Source: Pseudomonadota bacterium
Lineage (GTDB): Bacteria > UBA10199 > 2-02-FULL-44-16 > JAAZCA01
Assembly (NCBI GenBank): GCA_043822785.1
Contig: JBDRBN010000138.1
Span: forward strand, 1 to 19,525
Direction: 5' to 3'
Length of the DNA: 19,525 nucleotides
The notes under the pieces: model-generated
What the model was told of the DNA's origin: nothing
The model's input: only the letters and a program-made list of their open reading frames with translations
The model's database searches: none
Program-made: the position numbers and the translations under genes
In this document: positions 17,218 to 19,525 of the stretch, piece after piece
Position numbering within the stretch: position 1 is the first letter of the stretch
Layout of the letters: every line of letters begins with the position of its first letter

Positions 17218-17250
17218 GAGTAGCGATTTTAATATGGTTTATCTGATTTA

Positions 17251-18366
17251 TCAGAACTCTCGTGATAAATAGTTGGCAAAAAATGGGTCTGCAACACGCA
17301 GGCCTTTTTCTTCCCTCTCGAAGTAACCCTTATCAAGAAGCACCGCTGCAATCTGCGAGATGCCTCGCGTGGAGAGTCCGCATTTGCCCACAATCTCCTT
17401 AGCGGTAATTTCTTTTATGTACACTTCCTTTGCCAGCAGCACGAGAAACTTGAGCTGATTGCGCGTGAGGAAAGAGATTTTTTCTGCATAGAGGCTTTGT
17501 GTATCAAGGTATATTTTGTGAATGGCCTGACCTACATCTGCGGCTGATATTTCACAATTGGTATGTATCTCGTATAGCTCCGAACAAATCTTGCAGACAT
17601 AATTTGGTATGTAGAACACGCCTTCCAATAGGGTCTTAAGCGCTGCGTCGGCGATGGAGAGCTTTTTGGTCTTAAAACGCGCAAGGATGTACTCTTTCCA
17701 CTTATCGATCGCAATGGGTTTGAGCTCAACAATCTTTCCCCAATTGTAAAGCGGCTTTCTTTCATCCAGGAATATGTTTGCAAGCAGATGTCTTTTAGAT
17801 CCTGATATCAGTACAGGGCTCTTTGCCATAGTTTGAAGAAAAGCTCGCAGCAGAGCTTCTGCTTCGGGGATTGCGGCCACATCCTGCAGCTCGTCAAGGC
17901 ACAGAAGGAGAGGATGCCCATCTGCAAGAGAACGAATAGCATCGAAGATGTCATTCAGTTCCTTCCGAGGGCTCTTTCCGAGCGAAAGAGATATAGCGGG
18001 TTCACCGGAGACAGGATCGATGTTCACTTGGGGCTTAAGCAACTTCAATGCATCGATGGCTTTTGATATGCGCGATCTTACGGGAAAGGCTTGGTTGACC
18101 GAATCTTCCAGCGCATGTGCCAATCGTACTGCGATGGAATCAAGATCGGCAACTTCCTGAAGATTTGCATAACAGAAAATAGATGTCTTTTTTTTTGAAA
18201 CGAACCCCTTTCCGATAACGTTGACGGCGATGGATGTCTTGCCATAACGCCTTGGTGCTATCAGAATGATCTTTTCTTTGTTTGATGCATATCGCCTAAG
18301 AGTTGCGATCTCGGCTTCATAATTACAGATATCATCTTGCTCGATGAGCACATCGTACTTGAACAT
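17251..18366 (-). CDS. AAA family P-loop ATPase with probable C-terminal winged helix
   Basis: Walker A APRRYGKTS, Walker B LCLDELQ, ISGS sensor, C-terminal LLDKGYFEREEKGLRVADPFF; GGAGG RBS. Confidence 0.85.
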   Translation of the reverse strand: MFKYDVLIEQDDICNYEAEIATLRRYASNKEKIILIAPRRYGKTSIAVNVIGKGFVSKKKTSIFCYANLQEVADLDSIAVRLAHALEDSVNQAFPVRSRISKAIDALKLLKPQVNIDPVSGEPAISLSLGKSPRKELNDIFDAIRSLADGHPLLLCLDELQDVAAIPEAEALLRAFLQTMAKSPVLISGSKRHLLANIFLDERKPLYNWGKIVELKPIAIDKWKEYILARFKTKKLSIADAALKTLLEGVFYIPNYVCKICSELYEIHTNCEISAADVGQAIHKIYLDTQSLYAEKISFLTRNQLKFLVLLAKEVYIKEITAKEIVGKCGLSTRGISQIAAVLLDKGYFEREEKGLRVADPFFANYLSREF

Positions 18367-18384
18367 AAACCTCCCTTTTCTATT

Positions 18385-18415
18385 TTGTACTATTAGTATA
18401 GTCCTATTAGTACAA
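18385..18415. promoter_or_regulatory. Operator-like site upstream of the ATPase gene
   Basis: TTGTACTA (18385-18392) / TAGTACAA (18408-18415) inverted, with nested direct repeat CTATTAGTA at 18390 and 18404. Confidence 0.45.
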
Positions 18416-18530
18416 TATCAAGGTAAGATATTCATAAACGATCACATGATGCTGGAAACTATAAGACCCTGTCTCCTACGGCCTTTTGGCAACGGCATGA
18501 TATTCCTGCTATTTTCAAACTCCAATTTTC

Positions 18531-18559
18531 ACGCAACTTGTGCAAAGATCGGGCGATAA
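18531..18559 (+). promoter_or_regulatory. Putative alternative-sigma (sigma28-like) promoter
   Basis: ACGCAAC-N16-CGATAA; the -10 box GGCGATAA is 7/8 to the sigma28 consensus GCCGATAA; ends 27 nt before ATG 18587. Confidence 0.55.
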
Positions 18560-18586
18560 GGGAGTTGCAAAGGAAAAACTGTTTCT

Positions 18587-19441
18587 ATGACTATAAAACC
18601 TCCCAATTTGGGCCTCTTGACCGGGATGGGTGGACTGCCACTATCCGGGACTGACTTCGGGATCACTGCTGCCGGCGCTATGCAGCCCGGGAGCGTGGCT
18701 GCCAACACTGGGGCTGTCCAGGCGGCCGAGCAGCCCGAAAAACTTCTATGGTCTCCTGAACACGGGCATCAGCAAGGGTTGACGCCATTTAAACCAGTCC
18801 AGAAAGATTTAAGTCGCGAAGAGGTTTCCAAAATCATCGAGGATACAGCCACGAAGCGCGGCATATATCTTTCAAAATCTTTGATTGATAATATTGTCAA
18901 AATCATATGCCTGCGCACGGCAAGGCCTGCCTTAACTTCCGATCAGATCGCGAAAATATTTGCAAACATAGAATCGTACGACGACCTTGAAGGCAAAAGC
19001 TCTTTTGAAACTGCCGCGGCCCTGATCAAGGAGAACTCTCCGGCCAGTATGATCATGCCTTATATTAATTCAACATATCCACGCGGCCTTTCATATCCCG
19101 AACTCCCCGCTCTCTTAAATACTTCGCCATTAACCGCAATAAAATTTCTTCACGAAGACAGAATCCCGACATTTGCGAATTTCAGCGGTCGCTGGCTGAG
19201 TTTAAAAAGCGTGGTCTTTCTGCTGGAAAAAATTTCCATGGGCGAAGTTCAACAAGTAAGGAAAGCGCTGAAAATATTTTTGCACCATGAGATCACGCCT
19301 ACCTACGATACGTTAAGAGAGCTGGTTGAATTTGCAGACAGCTACCCTTCTATTGATAACGCGCTAAGAAGCGATCCGAAACGCAAGAATAATTGCTTCA
19401 AGGTAAACCCCCAGCTCTGCTGGGGGACTCACAGGGTTTGA
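18587..19441 (+). CDS. Hypothetical protein with low-complexity N-terminus and possible excisionase/HTH_17-like domain
   Basis: 284-aa ORF; G/A/P-rich first ~50 aa; residues 168-214 LSYPELPALLNTSPLTAIKFLHEDRIPTFANFSGRWLSLKSVVFLLE resemble a MerR/Xis-type HTH. Confidence 0.65.
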   Translation: MTIKPPNLGLLTGMGGLPLSGTDFGITAAGAMQPGSVAANTGAVQAAEQPEKLLWSPEHGHQQGLTPFKPVQKDLSREEVSKIIEDTATKRGIYLSKSLIDNIVKIICLRTARPALTSDQIAKIFANIESYDDLEGKSSFETAAALIKENSPASMIMPYINSTYPRGLSYPELPALLNTSPLTAIKFLHEDRIPTFANFSGRWLSLKSVVFLLEKISMGEVQQVRKALKIFLHHEITPTYDTLRELVEFADSYPSIDNALRSDPKRKNNCFKVNPQLCWGTHRV

Positions 19442-19525
19442 CATTTGCGGGAGTAAAAAACAGCCTCCGAACCGTGAACCGCCCAAGGCTCAACGGCAAG
19501 GAGGCCCGATGCATGATGCAGCCTC

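Noticed and set aside
13264..19525. Prophage or integrative element
   Set aside because: No integrase, phage structural or conjugation genes, and no tRNA attachment site are visible in the window.

Overview
Window from a diderm bacterium (deltaproteobacteria-like gene set; taxon is inference only) with two parts. (1) 161-13263 is a + strand core run: tlyA, an ACT-domain protein, a TPR lipoprotein, a LolB/DUF4292-like lipoprotein, an oppABCDF-type peptide ABC transporter, a secreted hypothetical, a patatin-like hydrolase and xseA. Many of its gene junctions hold small palindromic elements from at least two families (a GTCATTGCGAG...CTCGCAATGAC family with covarying hairpin arms, and an inverted CAGTRAY heptamer family). 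A third palindrome type sits in frame inside the xseA N-terminus. (2) 13264-19525 is an accessory region: a RAYT/IS200-like HUH transposase, a HicAB toxin-antitoxin pair, a headless DUF4143-type ATPase remnant, an AAA ATPase with a likely C-terminal wHTH, and three orphan genes. The orphans are the most interesting signal. Two transcription units share an ACGCAAC-N14/16-CGATAA upstream motif resembling a sigma28 promoter, and all three proteins begin with low-complexity N-termini rather than N-terminal Sec signals. They are an OMP-like beta-barrel, a cryptic lipoprotein and an HTH-like protein, which suggests a co-regulated set of non-Sec-exported proteins. All calls come from reading the sequence; no searches were run.
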